This document shows, one piece after another, positions 61,975-64,000 of a stretch of DNA of 64,000 bases. Origin of the DNA: Dicyema japonicum (Eukaryota; Animalia; Dicyemida); assembly GCA_011109175.1 (NCBI GenBank), contig RDEW01000013.1, forward strand, positions 597,221-661,220, in the 5' to 3' direction. A program made the translations under genes and the position numbers. The notes under the pieces were generated by a model. That model was given only the letters and a program-made list of their open reading frames with translations. It was not told where the DNA came from and made no database searches. The stretch's first letter is position 1. The number at the start of each line of letters is the position of its first letter.

Positions 61975-62040
61975 TAATAACACCAGAGACCACGGATACA
62001 AAAACTAACTAATCACGTGTTTCCAGGACGCACTAGCAGG
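61975..62040 (-). mobile_element. Short LINE 3' tail insertion
   Basis: Aligns with 49410-49460 (CCTGCTAG..TTAGTTTTTGTATCCGTGGTCTCTGGTG). Confidence 0.65.
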
Positions 62041-62299
62041 ACACAGTTTGACAATCTCTGCTATAAGTTTTCCATCATACTTAAAGTTTTTGATATTGAT
62101 GGTTCACATAGACATTGTCTATAATTTTTTTGCCAACAGTCAGAAATAATTTCAGCATTACTCCTGCATCTGAGATTCTTGTTACCACTGATCACAAGAA
62201 ATAGATTCTCCTGAAGATTCTTTGAATTCTAATTCATGCCTCTGTTTGAATTTTGAATTTTAGTTCATTCCTCTGCTTGAATTTCTCTAATTTGAAGTT

Positions 62300-63700
62300 T
62301 TAAAATTGTTTCAGCCCATTTTCGAAAAAACTGTTAGTGAAATTTTTTAAAGAGTTTCAGAAACTGGAGCATTCTGCTTTTCATCAGAAACATTCATCCC
62401 GTGTTTGTGTTCAATCAGCATGCTTTCTAGAGTCCTTTTCAATACAACTGACTGGAATTAAGTTCTCGTTGCTCCTTCAACAGATAGCTTATCCATAAAA
62501 TTTTTGAAGCATTTAGAGACAACTCCATCCCAAGTCATAACTAGTGGGATAATCTACCTTAAAATTGTAGAGAAGCGATAGCTCATTTTTGAGGGAGTCG
62601 ATCTTGCGACATTTTTCTACTACCCCCTGTTTTAGGAGATCCTGAAGATGTAATTGTTGAACTGTACTTTTGTTTCGGTCAGAATCGACGTATCGACCCT
62701 TATCTCAACATTCTGTGTTGATAGAATCGACTGAACTGAATGCCCCTTCAACTTTTCAGTCCCTTTGATTCCATATACTCTGCATAGATGGAGAAGTAAG
62801 CACTTTACAACTTTGTTGTGTCTTCGGACGTAATCACTATTTAACGTTATACCACACTGAGTGGCCAAGTGATCAACAGTCTTCTTGTTTTTCTTGCAAT
62901 GGCTAGATAATGTCCCCGACGTAGAAAGGAACACATTCCTGTCTAGCAAAAGGCAATACATTGCTTCACTTCTTTGACCGATATTTTCTTTTGACAACCA
63001 CCCACTGTACGTTTTTACATCAACGTTAGGTTCCTCCGTGCATCTAAAGAACACAGAATGTATTTTTACAATTAATTTTATCAAACAAATATTGAGTCTG
63101 GGTGGTCTTGAGGGACTGAATATCCATGTTGTCCTTGTCGGCAATTCCATGTTTAGAGACAAGAAATCCTGCGATTGTAGCCAATATCATTTCCTTGATT
63201 TAATTACTCGCAGAATCCCCGACCTCCGCAAACATATGTCCGACTGCCTTTACAGATTTGTATAAACCGGAAAAGCATCAGTTCACTTTTGAAAGTGACC
63301 GAAGTGAGTCCTCTCCCGAAGTCTTCCAGTTTAAATATAACCTCTCTATTTGCAGGTTTGAGATGTAACCTGAGGGTCGTAAGCAGTTGCCGTATTTGAA
63401 GGTCAATAGATTGCGTATTCATTTATTGCATGAAACAAGTTCGTAAAATTTAACTTGGTTTTTGAAAGCATGGTTATCTTCGTAACATTTTCAAAAATGG
63501 ACTCTATAACTTTATTCTTGAGAACATTACTTCCTCCATCTTCAAAAACATCCAAATATCGATATCCATTAACTCCGTCCAAAGTCTCACCGCATGATAA
63601 CGATTTAACATTTGAAGCTGACTTTTTCGAATTCATCTCCAAACCCGCAACATGAAAGAACTCGCGAAGAACTTCCATCATTTTAATAACAGTATCTTAG
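62300..63700 (-). pseudogene. R4/Dong-like RLE non-LTR retrotransposon (RT end, CCHC, RLE), degenerate
   Basis: GLEMNSKKSA..YRYLDVFE..NLFHAINEYA; TVDHLATQC..YVRRHNKVVK; IIPLVMTWDGVV. Confidence 0.8.
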
Positions 63701-63961
63701 ATCGTCAATAAAAAACTCTGAAATCCATATTTCCACCATTTTGCTCTTCAATACAATCGACTACATCATACTTACCCCCTTTTATTTTTTGACCATCTAT
63801 TTCTGCTGACACAGACTTGAACTCTTCGAATGTTTCTAATTGAACTGATTAGGGATAAAGCTCCATTCACCCTTAGGGATCCTCCAAATCTCTGTTCCGC
63901 AGCATAAACTATCTCAGACTTAAAATTATCATAATATTCATTAAAAGTTTCTAAAAAAGAT

Positions 63962-63992
63962 CTGTAGATCTGTAGGTCGTGGGTTCGAATCC
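63962..63992 (+). pseudogene. tRNA-Tyr-like 3' half fragment
   Basis: CTGTAGA anticodon loop, AGGTC variable loop and GGTTCGAATCC; no D-arm or acceptor stem upstream, T-stem broken. Confidence 0.5.
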
Positions 63993-64000
63993 AAAAAATG

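Overview
AT-rich eukaryotic (animal-like) genomic window with a few host genes in a dense field of degraded transposons. Recognisable host genes are a JADE/BRPF-type PHD protein (-), a formin (+), TBC1D32/BROMI (-), a partial glutathione synthetase (-), OCRL (+) and REC8 (-). They contain tiny 20-25 nt GT-AG introns, which suggests a reduced parasite genome such as a dicyemid or myxozoan (inference only). Several genes also carry 1-bp frameshifts, mostly in homopolymers, that look like assembly errors. Mobile DNA includes hAT/Buster, Tc1, pogo/Tigger, Ginger/Gypsy-type integrase, APE-type LINEs, RTE, R4/Dong-like and CRE-like RLE elements, and two SINE-like families. The most striking object is the only intact transposon (50891-52780): an IS630/Tc1-type DD35E element inserted at CTAG, whose 204/265-bp terminal inverted repeats are built from 8 and 11 tandem 21-bp modules, with a second 21-bp higher-order array upstream of the transposase. 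A second candidate novelty is a dispersed SINE-like family whose core folds into a covarying pseudoknot with HDV-ribozyme-like topology. No database searches were run; family assignments come from motifs recognised by eye, and many boundaries are approximate.
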